A program made the translations under genes and the position numbers. A stretch of DNA of 64,000 nt from assembly GCA_963920595.1 (NCBI GenBank), contig OY986947.1:3224001-3288000 (forward strand), read 5' to 3'. Below the pieces are notes generated by a model that had not been told where the DNA came from, did no database searches, and worked only from the letters and a program-made list of their open reading frames with translations. Of this stretch, positions 1 through 17,064 are shown piece after piece (positions within the stretch are counted from its first letter, which is position 1; each line of letters begins with the position of its first letter). Source of the stretch: Eimeria praecox (taxonomy: Eukaryota).

Positions 1-148
1 CAGCAGCAACACCATCGGGCTGCCTCTCGAATGATTCTGCTTCTGTTTGCTTCCAGGGCTTCAGCAGCCCTACTCTCTCTGCTGCTAGCACAGCAGCAAA
101 TAGCAGCAGCAGCAACAGCAGCAGCAGAATGCGGTGGTCAGGTTCACT

Positions 149-180
<32 letters not shown>

Positions 181-352
181 CAAAAGGCAGCAGCAGCAAA
201 TCTAGCCTCAGTGCAGCAACAGCAGCAGCAGCAGCAGATCTTCCTGTACCCCACAGACATGTAAACAACATTAAAGGGTTTCTCTCTAAGAGCAGCATCA
301 GCAGCACCAGCAGCAGCAGCACTACTGCCAGCAACACGACAGCTAGCAGCAA

Positions 353-393
<41 letters not shown>

Positions 394-505
394 GCAGCGT
401 GTATAATGTTCGTAGTGCATTAAGTGTGCTGCGAGTGGGAGGGAGGTTAGGGAGAGTATTAAGCTCGAGAGGCAGCACCCTCTTCGGTAGCAGCAGCAGC
501 CTGTT

Positions 506-582
<77 letters not shown>

Positions 583-638
583 GTGCAGCAGCAGCAAAGC
601 TTCCTACGCCGCCACCGCTTCAAGGGATACACCGCTGA
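1..638 (+). CDS. 3' end (last exon) of a hypothetical low-complexity Ser/Gln/Ala-rich protein; 5' part lies outside the window
   Basis: The frame is open from position 3 to TGA at 636-638. It reads ...DLPVPHRHVNNIKGFLSK...VRSALSVLRVGGRLGRVLSSRG...KLPTPPPLQGIHR*. No recognisable domain. Confidence 0.5.
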
Positions 639-653
639 ACAGCTGCTAACAAT

Positions 654-688
<35 letters not shown>

Positions 689-837
689 TAGCTCACGCTA
701 TTCTTCTTGTACCTGCTGCTGCTGCTGCTGCTGCTGCTGTCTGCTGCACCTGGGTTTTGTTGCTGCAGCAAGGAGACAAGAGATACGATGCAGATGGCTT
801 CTGCTTCTCTCTCTTGTTTTTTGTTTGCTGATTAGTC

Positions 838-876
838 TATCTCCTCTATCTCTCTCTGTCTCTCTGTCTCTCTCTG

Positions 877-909
<33 letters not shown>

Positions 910-1129
910 GTCTCTCTCTGTATCTCTCTCTCTCTGTCTCTCTCTGTCTGTCTGTCTCTGTCTCTCTGTCTCTCACTCGCCCTTTCTCTCTCTCTGTCTC
1001 TCTCTCTGTCTCTGTCTCTCTCTCTCTGTCTCTGTCTCTCTCTCTCTGTCTCTGTCTCTCTCTGTCTCTCTGTCTGTCTCTGTCTCTCTCTCTCTCTCTG
1101 TCTCTGTCTCTCTCTCTCTGTCCCTCTCT

Positions 1130-1163
<34 letters not shown>

Positions 1164-1225
1164 TTTCTCCCTCTGTCTCTCTCTCTGTCTCTCTCTCTCT
1201 CTTTCTCCCTCTGTCTCTCTCTCTG

Positions 1226-1257
<32 letters not shown>

Positions 1258-1510
1258 TGTCTCTCTCTCTCTCTGCCTCTCTCTCTCTCTGTCTCTCTCT
1301 GTCTCTCTCTGTATTTGTGTATGTTGTTTATTTTATTGCTTCACGTTCATCGCGAGTGTTTGTTGTTTGTTTTTATTATTTGTTTGTTTGTTTTTATTAT
1401 TTGTTTGTTTGTTTTATATATTTGTTTGTTTGTTTTATATTTGTGTTTGTTGTTTTGTATCTCTGTCTCTCTCTGCCTGTCTTTCTTTATATTTGTCTGT
1501 ATTCTATTTC

Positions 1511-1567
<57 letters not shown>
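838..1567. repeat. Compound microsatellite: (CT/CTGT)n, then TTTG/TTTA-rich, then (TTA)n
   Basis: Directly visible. The long 'ORFs' here are repeat artefacts. Confidence 0.95.
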
Positions 1568-1664
1568 GTTTGTTTGTTTATATATATAATTATCTTCCTT
1601 CTGTCTTTCTGCCCATACACCGCAGCTTTATATATATATATGTGCAGAATCTTGCACTGGCTGC

Positions 1665-1686
1665 TTTGAGGTGTACATACACCTCA

Positions 1687-1746
<60 letters not shown>

Positions 1747-1890
1747 TTTAAGGTGTATATACACCTTAAATATTATATTATTTAAGGTGTACAGACACCT
1801 CAAATAACCTCATATAATATTATTTGAGGTGCATGTACACCTCAAACAAATATAGTTGTTTATTTATAAACTCAGGTGTACGTACAGCTC
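1665..1890. repeat. Cluster of five palindromic AGGTGTAnnnACACCT hairpin motifs separated by AT-rich spacers
   Basis: Copies at 1665-1688, 1744-1773 (perfect 30-bp palindrome), 1778-1807, 1821-1848 and 1873-1890. Confidence 0.85.
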
Positions 1891-2052
1891 AAAGTATACA
1901 TCTTGTTTATTTGCCTGAGATAAAACACGTATATATATATATATATATATATATATACTAAATATTTAAAGTATGAAATAATTAGAGTTTATGTATATAA
2001 ACAACAAGATAAATTTGTCTGTGAAGTTAAGAAAAAACACACATACACTAGT

Positions 2053-2092
<40 letters not shown>

Positions 2093-2144
2093 AATAAGTT
2101 GCTGCTGCTGCTACTTCTGCTGCTGCTGCTGCTGCTAGTGTTGC

Positions 2145-2188
<44 letters not shown>

Positions 2189-2589
2189 TTGTTTGTGCTG
2201 CTGTTTCTGCTGCTGCTAGGGTTATGGTATCGATGTGTAGGTCTTCTGTATGTGTGTTTGAATTGTATTAATCGTAATTAAATTAAATAAATAAATTTAA
2301 TTTATAAATTAACTAAAACAAAAACAAAATATATATAAAATATTGCAGCAGAAGATTGCGGGTGGGATGAACCTCAGCGGATTGGATGCGGTCTGTGACA
2401 GGCAGCATCGAGATGATATGTTGTTTATTTTATTATTTTTTTTAATTATTTGTTGTTAAATTAAAAATATTTGTTTAATTATATTCATAAATTAATTAAT
2501 TTTATTAAAATACACAGAAAAAGACGAATCGATAGAACATTATAAACACACACATACACCCGAATCCCTGCTGCCGCCTGAGCCCCCAG

Positions 2590-2626
<37 letters not shown>

Positions 2627-2761
2627 AGCAGCAGCAGCAGCTGTTTATCTGTTCTGTCTATTCGTTTCTGGTGTACATACACATAAACCCTGTTGTCTTG
2701 TTGCTGCTGCTCTGAAGCTCTGTCTCTATAAGCCCCGTCTTCAGACCGCAGGGGAGCCGAC

Positions 2762-2808
<47 letters not shown>

Positions 2809-2989
2809 ACAGCAGCAACGCCTACAGCAGCAACGGCAGCAGCAACAGACAGTAGCAGCAACACCAACAGTAGCAGCATCCCAACCAACGATCTACCCAC
2901 CTGCACAGCTGTTGCACATCCTACCTGCTGCTGCTGCTGCTGCTGCTGTTGCCGCTGCTGCTGCAGCTGCAGCAGCAGCAGCTTCCCAA

Positions 2990-7865
<4,876 letters not shown>

Positions 7866-8633
7866 CAGCAGCAACGGGAGAGGCGTAACAAAGAAAACTA
7901 AGAAGGAGACAAACCCTCAACAAGCTAGCCTGTGCTGCTGCTCTTCTGCTGCAGCTGCACTAATGCTGCTGCTGCTGCTGCAGCAGCAGCAGCAGCGGTT
8001 GCCTGTGTATCTGCGGTGCTTCTGTGTTGTGTCTGCTGGTGCTTCTATTGCAGCAGCAACACAGCTGGTGCTGCAGCGCTTCACTAGCTGTTGCTGCTGC
8101 TGCTGCTGCTGCAGCAGCAGCAGCAACAGCACTTGGGATGTACGTACACCCGGCCCCTCATTTCGCTCTCTTTTAAATTTAAACAGTTATAAAAGTTTTT
8201 CTAATCTCTGGATGACTTGCATGCACAGCAAACTACACATCTGCTGCTGGGGGGGGCCCCAACAGCAGCTGCTGCAGCTGCTGCTGCTGATGCTGCTGCT
8301 GCTGCTGTTGCAGCTGCTGCAGCTGCTGCAGCAACAACAAGAACGCTACCGAGGAAGAAGAGAGACAATAATACAACAAAGGAGACAGGCAGAGACACCA
8401 GCATTAGAGAAGGCGCCCTCTGTATTTATCTGCAGATATGCATACAGAGCTGCAGCAGAACAGTTTAGTAGCGCACGTAGGCAGCAGCTGCTGCAGCAGC
8501 AGCAGCAGCAGCAGCAGATGCTGCTGCTGCTGCTGCTGCTGCTGCGGCTGCTACCGCGGCTGCTTCAGAGAATTTCGGAGGCTCATGCATGCATGCAAGT
8601 AGGGATATATATGTCCGTTGCCTGCAGCAGCAG

Positions 8634-8664
<31 letters not shown>

Positions 8665-8802
8665 TGCTGCTGCTGCTGCATGCGTCTTTAGGGGGCAGCT
8701 GGCTGTGCTGCAGCAACGCTGCAGCGCAGCAAACGAATCATTGTTGAGGCGAAGCACCTGCGGATATCTCCCTTACCTGCTGCTGCTGTTGCTGCTGCTG
8801 CA

Positions 8803-8835
<33 letters not shown>

Positions 8836-8977
8836 AGTGCTGGGGTGCAGCAGCAGCAGCAACAGCAACAAACAACAACAACAGCAGCAGCAGCAGCAGC
8901 AGCAAGAGCATTGTTTAACCTGTGTGCGGAAAGGCCATAGAAAGGCCGAGGAAGCCCTGCATGCATAAATGGGGTGT

Positions 8978-9631
8978 CTAGGCATCAGCAGGTTTGTCTG
9001 CTGCTGCTGCTGCTGCTGGTGCTGCTGCTGCTGCTTCTTCTGTCTTCTCAGCTTTCTCTCCTTCTGCTGCTGCTGGTGCTGCTGGTGCTGCAGGGTCTTC
9101 TGCTGCTGCTGCTGCTGCAGGAGCAGCAGCAGCACCACCAGCAGGGAGTGAAGCCTTAGGAACAGGAGGGGGAGGAGGGCTCTTCAAGGGGGGTGGGGCT
9201 GAGACATCAACACTAATCTGTTTGTTTGCTGCTGCAGCAGCATCGCCTCCAGCAGCAGCAGGAGCAGCAGGTGTCTCTGCAGCAGCAGATTCAGCGGGCT
9301 TCTCGGGAGCAGCAGCAGCAGCAGCATCTGCTGCAGGTGCTGCTGATGGTGCCGCAGCTGCTGCTTCCTTCGGATCCGATGTTTGCTTCTGTGCTGCTGC
9401 GGGTGTTGATGCAGCTGCAGCAGCAAATAGACAGACAGCACACAAACAAACACACACACACACAGACAGAAGTTAAGTTGCTGTTTATGTTTATATAAAT
9501 ATAATAATTTAAAATATTACAAATATATACAATAGAAGCGACAAGAACAATCTGCTGCTGCTGCTGCTGCTGGTGCTGCTGTTGTTGCTGCTGTTGCTGC
9601 AGCAGCAGCACCGCTCGGGGGACGAGCGTGT

Positions 9632-9688
<57 letters not shown>

Positions 9689-9783
9689 AGAGCTCCAGCA
9701 GCAAAACCACTACACACTGTATACAAATAATCTTAGATTCAATGTATGACAATGATTCAACACAACAACAATAGTTTATAGTT

Positions 9784-9829
<46 letters not shown>

Positions 9830-11026
9830 GGGGAGGCGCAGCAGCACGACGTCGGCCGTGGGACGACGTAGCAAGTAATGCAAGAAACATAAATTAGGGT
9901 TTAGGGTTTAGGGTTTAGGGTTTTGAATATATACCCTGAGCAGATGGTTGCCTCTCTGCAGGGGTTGAACCCTGCTTGCTACTCACACAGCCCATCGTGC
10001 TGCTGTTGCTGCTGTTGCTGCTGCTGTTGCTGCTGTTGCTGCTGTTGCTGCTGCTCCTTGGGGGCCTCCGTAAGTACACAAACACGGAAGAACAGATACA
10101 GAAAGAAGTAGGGAGTATATATAACCTGCAGAATACGACAAAAAATCAACTACAAACATCAAACCATCAATTGCTGTTGCTGCTGCTGCTGCTGCTGCAG
10201 CAGCAGCAACAGCAACAGCAGCAGCAAACCTAGGGCTGCTGCTGCTGCGCTGCAACACTCTCACCCCCGTACCCAGCAGCAGCAGCAGGCAGGTATAAAG
10301 GGAGTTATAGTAGCATTTGAAAACGTATTTTTTCGTTTATTATTTGCAATAAATATCTAAATATCTTTTCTAATTTAATATATATATTTATTTACGTTTC
10401 TATCTATTGTTATACTACCATCAGGGGCCGCTGTAGCCGGAGTCGTCGCTCAGCTGCGGGGCGCACCAGACCAGCAGCAGTTTGTGTTTGTGAGGGTTAT
10501 ATATATTATTTTTAATAATAAAAAAACCTAAATATATGTTTTATTATACTTTATAAACCCAATATACTCTTTTTTTCACGTTAATTCGGGTGTCAGTACA
10601 CCTGAAGAGGATGATCGCCGATAGACGATGCTCCTACAGCTAGCGGTCCACAGCCACACGGGCTTGATGTTGTTGTGTGTGCGCACCACTAAGGATTCGT
10701 ATTTTCTATATCTTATGTTCTGTTGTATATTAAATATATTTTTATTTTATTTTTATTATTTTATATGTATATAACACATATATAAACATATAAACAGCCA
10801 CATTAGATATACAACCGCAAGGGAGTCGCTGCCTCCTACCGCCGCTCTCGTCACAGCTCCCAGCACAAACCCTAAACCCTAGAATATCTGTACAAACCCT
10901 CATACTCTAAACCCTAAACCCTAAACCCTAAACCCTAAATATATACTTTAAACCCTAAAAAAAGCTGCAAACAGACGTAGGAGACCCTCTACGCCCTCAT
11001 CCTTGTACACACCGGGAGCTGCCCAT
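8978..11026 (-). CDS. Ala/Pro/Glu-rich hypothetical protein; terminal exon 8978..9414 fairly well supported, upstream micro-exon chain tentative
   Basis: The terminal exon reads as natural protein (KQTSDPKE...PPPLKSPPPPPVPKASLP...EGEKAEKTEE...DKPADA*). A phase-consistent model is complement(join(8978..9414,9612..9709,9935..9955,10230..10249,10419..10453,10602..10633,10816..10835,11009..11026)). Confidence 0.45.
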
Positions 11027-11240
11027 ACACCCCAGCCTCCCCGCACACTATGCTGTGGGGGCGGTGTATACACACGAGGCCTCTAAGGAGATAAAACCCT
11101 AAAATTTAATTGAATGTACATATAATAAGCTTTGGGGTTTAGAGTTTGGGGGTTAGGGTCTAGGGTTTAGGGTTTAGGGGGATCTGACGATCACCCCCAA
11201 CCCTAGCAATTGAAGGGGAAGCCAAACGCTGCACAGAAGC

Positions 11241-11273
<33 letters not shown>

Positions 11274-11325
11274 TGCTGCTGCTGTTGCATGCAATGCAGG
11301 AAGGTGTTGCAGCTAGCTATCCACA

Positions 11326-11380
<55 letters not shown>

Positions 11381-11408
11381 TCCCAAACAAAGGGGTAGAT
11401 AGATGTCG

Positions 11409-11745
11409 TCAGCCTAGCGGCAGCAGCGGCAGGGGAGGGAGCAGCAAATCTACGGTGTACAGACAGCTACGAACTTCCTGCTGCAGTGTGCTGCTGCTTA
11501 GAGCTGCTGCAACCTCCAGCTGCATGCGGTGCGATGGCCGTGATCCGTGCTGCTGCTCGCTGGTCCACAGCTGCTGCTGCTGCTGCTGCTGCTGTGGCTG
11601 CATGTGTTGCTGCTGCTGCTGCTCCTCTACCTCCTCTCTCACTGCTGCTGCACGAAGCGCAGCACGTGCTGCTGCTGCTGCGGCGGTTTCATTACCGCCG
11701 AGCAAATGTACAAGCATATCCCAAGCTTGCTGCTGCGGCTGTTGC

Positions 11746-11782
<37 letters not shown>

Positions 11783-12296
11783 TAGGGGAGTAGCAGCCAG
11801 CAAGAACTGAGGATACAAAACGGCCTAGTTGAAGTTCTTCAGAGAGGGTGAAGCAGCAAGAAGGATCTGCTGCATCTTCAGCTTCTGCTGCAGCAGCAGC
11901 AGCTGTTGCTGCTGCTACGTTTGCTGCTGCTGCTGCTACGTTTGCTGCTGCTGCTGCTGCTGCTGCACTCAGCAGCAAACGCAGCTGCAGGGCCTCTGCC
12001 AGCAAGCGGGGATGTTGAAGATGAACGGCGCAGATAGCTGAGATACCCACGAGGCCACGCTGCTGCTGCTGCAGCTGCTGCAGCTGCTGCAGATACTGCT
12101 GTTGGCGCTGCAGTAGTTCTTGCTGCTCCTGCTGCTGCACCTGCTGCTGCTGCTGCTGCTGCAGTTGTTGTGCGTGCTGCTGCTGCTGGGCAGCCAGCAT
12201 CCTTCTTTGATGTGCCATCGTCTCGCAAACACAGTCTGCTAGAAAAGAAATGAAGCTGCTTGCCGTTTGAAGTTGCTGCTGCTGCTGCTGAGGGTA

Positions 12297-12333
<37 letters not shown>

Positions 12334-12599
12334 GTAGCTGTGGGGAGATGCAGGGATAGACAGACAGCAGCTTCCAGTATGCGCGCCATGTGCATGCAGC
12401 TGCTGAAGCTCAGGACTAGTGAGTTAGCTTGCTGCTGTTGCTGCAGCAGCAGCAGCTGTTGCTGTTGCTGCTGCTGCTGCAGCAACAGCTGGGGCCTTAC
12501 GAGCTGCTGCAACAGCAGCAGCAGCGCCTCAGGGACTTCGCGGAGGGCAGCGGCGTAGGCTGAAAGGAGATATGCTGTTTGCTCCAACCCCAATTCCGT

Positions 12600-12636
<37 letters not shown>

Positions 12637-12783
12637 AGCTGCTGCAGCCGCTGCAGCAGCTGCTGCTCGGCGCCTGTCCACTGGTCAGCTAAGAGACGAC
12701 GGGGGATACGACTCAGTGCACGAAAGCAAGCCACCAGCTGAGAGACATTGGATTCGTCCTGCTTCAGTTGCTGCCATTGCTGC

Positions 12784-12821
<38 letters not shown>

Positions 12822-12941
12822 GTGTTGAGGACTACGTAGGACTTGCTGCTGCAGCAGCTCTACGAGTTGTACGGGGAGTGTAGGCAGCCTGCTGCATATA
12901 GCTAGCAATGCTGCTGCTGCTTGGCGGGGGAGACCCACCTT

Positions 12942-12972
<31 letters not shown>

Positions 12973-13247
12973 AGTCGCTGCAACAGCACGTCGCAGCTGT
13001 TCTTCACAGCAGCAGCAGCAGCAGATCGAAGCAACTCTGACGAGGAGACAGTGGAGAGAAGGCCTGCATCTGCTGCTGCAAAGGCCAGCAGCTCGTTATC
13101 AAATTGCTGCGCATGCATTCGGGTGTACGTACAGAGCAGCAGCAGCAGCTGCTGCACTGCTGCATCTTTGCTGCCAGCAGCAGCAGCAGCAAAGGAAGAA
13201 AGCAATACCTTAGCTGTAACAGGCGACAAGGAAGAGAGAGAATTGTC

Positions 13248-13279
<32 letters not shown>

Positions 13280-13849
13280 TTGCTGCTGCTGCTGTTGCTG
13301 CTGCTGCTGTTGCTGTTGCTGCTTCGAAGGCATCGGATTTGGAGGGCAGACAACGAAGTTGCTGCAGCAGCAAAGCAGCAGCACGCTGCAGCAGCTGCTG
13401 CTTCTCCCCTGTACTGATGCTGGATCGAGCTACAGCAGCGCAGCCTAGCGCTATATCCTTTAGACGCTGGGCTGTTGCTGCCACAGCAGCAGCAGACCTC
13501 TTGCTGCTTTTGCTGCTGCTGCTGCTGCTGCTGCAACTGCTGCTGCTGCTGCTGCTGCTTACGAGAAGCAAATGCGGCAGCAGCACCCTCCACACAGGTG
13601 CATGCGCAGCAGGCAATCGTGGGGACGTTCTCGCCAAAGACGTAGCAAGGGCTGAGAGGTCCCGCTGCGCTGCTGCTGCTGCAGCAGCAGCAGCACGAGC
13701 AGCAGCAGCAGGAGCAGCAGCAGCAGGAGCAGCAGCAGCAGGAGCAGCAGCAGCAGGAGCAGCAGCAGGAAGAGGAGAAGACTCTCTCAGAAGATGCAGC
13801 AAAGCCTGGAGGAACCACTGAACCCAGTCAAGCCAAAACTCAGTGTATC

Positions 13850-13925
<76 letters not shown>

Positions 13926-14037
13926 AGAAGGAAGACTCTGGGATTCTACGTAGGATGGAGGAGGCAAATTAGGTGCAGCAAAACGAGAGAAGGCGCGAGC
14001 AGCACGTGCTGCATCCGACAGAGTAGGCCACCGCTGC

Positions 14038-14103
<66 letters not shown>

Positions 14104-14491
14104 CAGCAGCGGCGGAGTTGCTGGGCTAGCGACACGGCTGCCCAGTCAGGCAATTCCCAGCTTGTGTCTGATGCTGCAGCAAATGCAGCAGCAACAGCAG
14201 CACGCCCCTCTAGCCTATCAGCAGCAGCAGCAAGAGGAAGCAGCACTGCAGCAAGCATATGAGGGATAGAAACAGGAGCAGCATCAGCAGCAAACGGCGA
14301 GCCAGCAGCAGCAGCAGCAGCAGCAGCTGCTGCTGCTGCTGCTGCCTTAGGGGAAGGAGGGATATAAGCTAGAAGCGGCAGCAGCCGCAGCAAGTCGCGG
14401 GGGTCGAGCTGAGACGCATGCTGCAGCGCATGCAGCCCCACACGTTGCAGAAACTCAACGACTGGCCTGTCATCTTGCTGCTGCTGCTGCT

Positions 14492-14528
<37 letters not shown>

Positions 14529-14677
14529 TTTGTAGTGAAGGGCTAAGCTGACACCCAACATGGCGACGTCTCTGTGGGGCCATGTGTCTATCAGTGCTGA
14601 GCAGAATGAAGCAACTCCCTCAAGTGTTGCAGCATTTGCTGCTGCTGCTGCTGCTGCTGCTGCTGTCTTGCTACTGC

Positions 14678-14722
<45 letters not shown>

Positions 14723-14905
14723 AGGGGCGAGTGAGCTGAAAGACGGCCTGGCAAATCTGCGGAGGAGACAGAAAAGGAAGAGTTTCTAAGAGCTGCTCCC
14801 CGCTGCACTTGCTGCTGCTGCTGCTGCTGCTGCTTCTGCGTTGTTGCTGCTGCTGCTGCTCTTGTCTGTGCTGAAGCTGGTGCTGCAGCTGTTGTAGATG
14901 ATGCT

Positions 14906-14937
<32 letters not shown>

Positions 14938-15097
14938 TGCTGCTGCTCTGTAAGGGTTGGTAAGGCTTCACGAACAGCAGCAGAAGACACACTGAAGCCG
15001 CCGCTATTGTCTTTGCTGCTGCTGCTGAAGGTTAAGCTGCTGCTGCTGCTGCTGCTGCTGCCATATCGGGTCTGTGGGACGCCGAGTCCATTACTGC

Positions 15098-15147
<50 letters not shown>

Positions 15148-15491
15148 TGGTGATAGCTAGCTTCTGTTGCCTCTGGGATTGTGTCGTAGCCAAACCTCCA
15201 CTGTCTAGCGCATGCAGCCTTCTTACTGTTGACGCCTCTACTCAACTTGTTTCTGCTGCTGCTGCTGCTGCTGCTGCGGTTACTGCTGCTGCTGCTGCTG
15301 CTGCTGCTTGTGCTGTGAAGCTTAAGGGGTCTTAGCCTCACACTGGAAGAAGCAGCAAACGCACAAGCCGCCTGCAGCTGATATGAGATATCTCTCCTTC
15401 GCTGCAGCAGCAGTTGCTGCTGCTGCAGCAATTGCTGCTGCAGCAACTGCTGCTGCAGCTTCAGCTGCAGCAGCAGCACCTGACGATGCAT
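11409..15491 (-). CDS. Helical-repeat (HPR-like) protein with a C-terminal RAP-domain-like motif, probably an organellar RNA-binding protein, 1360 aa, single exon
   Basis: 4.08-kb uninterrupted ORF with recurrent helical-repeat motifs (LSPPQICQAVFQL, WPHRDVAMLGVSLA, LDPRDLLRLLPLLA, LSPVTAKVLLSSFA, LGLEQTAYLLSAYA). The C-terminal SHRMQLEVAAAL...QEVRSCLYTVDLLL matches the first half of RAP. Basic/Ser-rich N-terminus. Confidence 0.75.
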
Positions 15492-15559
15492 CTCTGGTTG
15501 ATGCTGCAGAGCAGCAACATCATGTGGAGATATCTCAGCAACACAGGCCCGTTCCTATC

Positions 15560-15628
15560 ACCCTAAACCCTAAACCCTAAACCCTAAACCCTAAACCCTA
15601 AACCCTAAACCCTAAACCCTAAACCCTA
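15560..15628. repeat. Interstitial (AAACCCT)n telomere-like tract; similar tracts at about 9895, 10868, 11150, 16287, 16451, 16888, 17573, 17894, 18061, 18960, 19148, 21225 and 21413
   Basis: Directly visible. All are intronic or intergenic and confined to the repeat-rich segment. Confidence 0.95.
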
Positions 15629-15792
15629 GCATGTATACTCAACACTTAGAATAAAATATCAAAATATGTAATGTAAGTTGAAATATATTTATATAAATAT
15701 TTAGATACGTAGATTGAAGATAAAAATATCTTCTTCTTACTAACTTCTACCTTCGCGGTTATATTCTAACGCTCTCTCTCTCTGTCTCTCTC

Positions 15793-15826
<34 letters not shown>

Positions 15827-15846
15827 CCTCTCTCTCGCTCTGTCTC

Positions 15847-15903
<57 letters not shown>

Positions 15904-15982
15904 TTCCACCTCAATTTATTTTTAGAAACCCATTAAAACATATTCGGGTCCTGTAAACAGCATAGAAGGCCTTCAAGAGACC

Positions 15983-16078
15983 GAGGGGCCCCCTGGGGGC
16001 CCCCCCTCAAGGGGCCCCCCCTCAAGGGGCCCCCCCCGGGGGGGGCCCCCCGGGGGCCCCCTGGGGGCCCCCTCAGGG
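15983..16078. repeat. G/C-run palindromic repeat (GGGGCCCC units) between divergent genes
   Basis: Seven GnCn palindromes in 95 bp within a divergent intergenic region. Confidence 0.85.
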
Positions 16079-16814
16079 TGGTCATTCGGGGCTGCAGCCT
16101 GTTGTATAGCGCATCTGAATCTAGTTATCTAGCGTTTCATGTCTTATTCTCTCTTGTCTCTCTTGTTAATTTAAATTTAAATTAATAAATGTATTGAAAT
16201 AATATCATTTCTGGGGGAATCAGCAAGAAGAAACAAACAGACACACACACACAAACCCAGGAGGCGATCGCCTCGTGCGCTACACACCCTAAACCCTAAA
16301 CCCTAAACCCTAAACCCTAAACCCTAAACCCTAAAATTTAAATATATTCGAATATACTTGCTGCATCAGGGAAAGTTTAAACTGCTAGAGATAAAGCAGC
16401 GAGCAGCTGCTGCCAGCATTGGCCTCTGGAGACAGCCGAAGGTCACTTCATAAACCCTAAACCCTAAACCCTAAACCCTAAACCCTAGATCCCAAACCAG
16501 GCACTGACGAAGGTCTAGATTCTTCTAATACCTATATACTGCATACAGTTTGTCTTATATATTTATCTTCTGTCTCTTGCTAGCTGCTTCCTTCCCTCTC
16601 TTCCTCTCTGGCGCGAAGCCTATAAACCAACAAACCCTAAATGCAACAGAAAGCCCTTACTTACTTGCAGTGTACATACACCTCGTGGTATATTCGAGCT
16701 GAGCTGATGACTCAGCTAGCTGCAGCTATCCTTCCAGCTAGCTGCAGCGATCCGCGCAGCTAGCTGTAGCTAGCTAGCTGGGGGGAGAGAAGCAACGGGA
16801 AGTCCGTTATAAAG

Positions 16815-17033
16815 ATGATGAGAGAACTTGGAGGACTTCAAGGTGCCCCTCCCCTCTCATTCTCTGTTGAAATAGCTTCTGAATTCAGGGTTTAGGATTA
16901 GGGTTTAGGGTTTAGGGTTTAGGGTTTAGGGTTTAGATTGAAAGGTCTCTTGCTTATGAGGTACGCAGATGGTCCTAGCAAAGCAGGACTACAAGAGGCG
17001 CTCTGGGCTGCACGCTCTTATGCTGCTGTCGAC

Positions 17034-17064
<31 letters not shown>

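Noticed and set aside
598..655. FLRRHRFKGYTAEQLLTM resembles the start of ribosomal protein uS19
   Set aside because: No continuation of the protein follows, and it overlaps the better frame ending at 638.
825..1785. Long ORFs of poly-LS, poly-Y or poly-I (also 6093-6603, 6910-7650 and the many poly-L/poly-C ORFs)
   Set aside because: These are stop-free translations of microsatellites, or shadow frames of CAG-rich genes.
1665..1890. CRISPR-like palindromic repeat and spacer pattern
   Set aside because: Spacers are irregular low-complexity AT sequence and the repeats are degenerate.
10126..10149. Additional 24-nt minus-strand micro-exon
   Set aside because: It introduces a TGA when placed in the otherwise open chain, so it is left out of the model. 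It could only act as a poison exon.
11025..11075. H/ACA snoRNA-like hairpin followed by ACA
   Set aside because: There is no H box or second hairpin, and the stem is made of the dispersed GGTGTA/TACACC motif.
15560..15628. True telomere or chromosome end
   Set aside because: The tracts are short, interstitial and flanked by genes.
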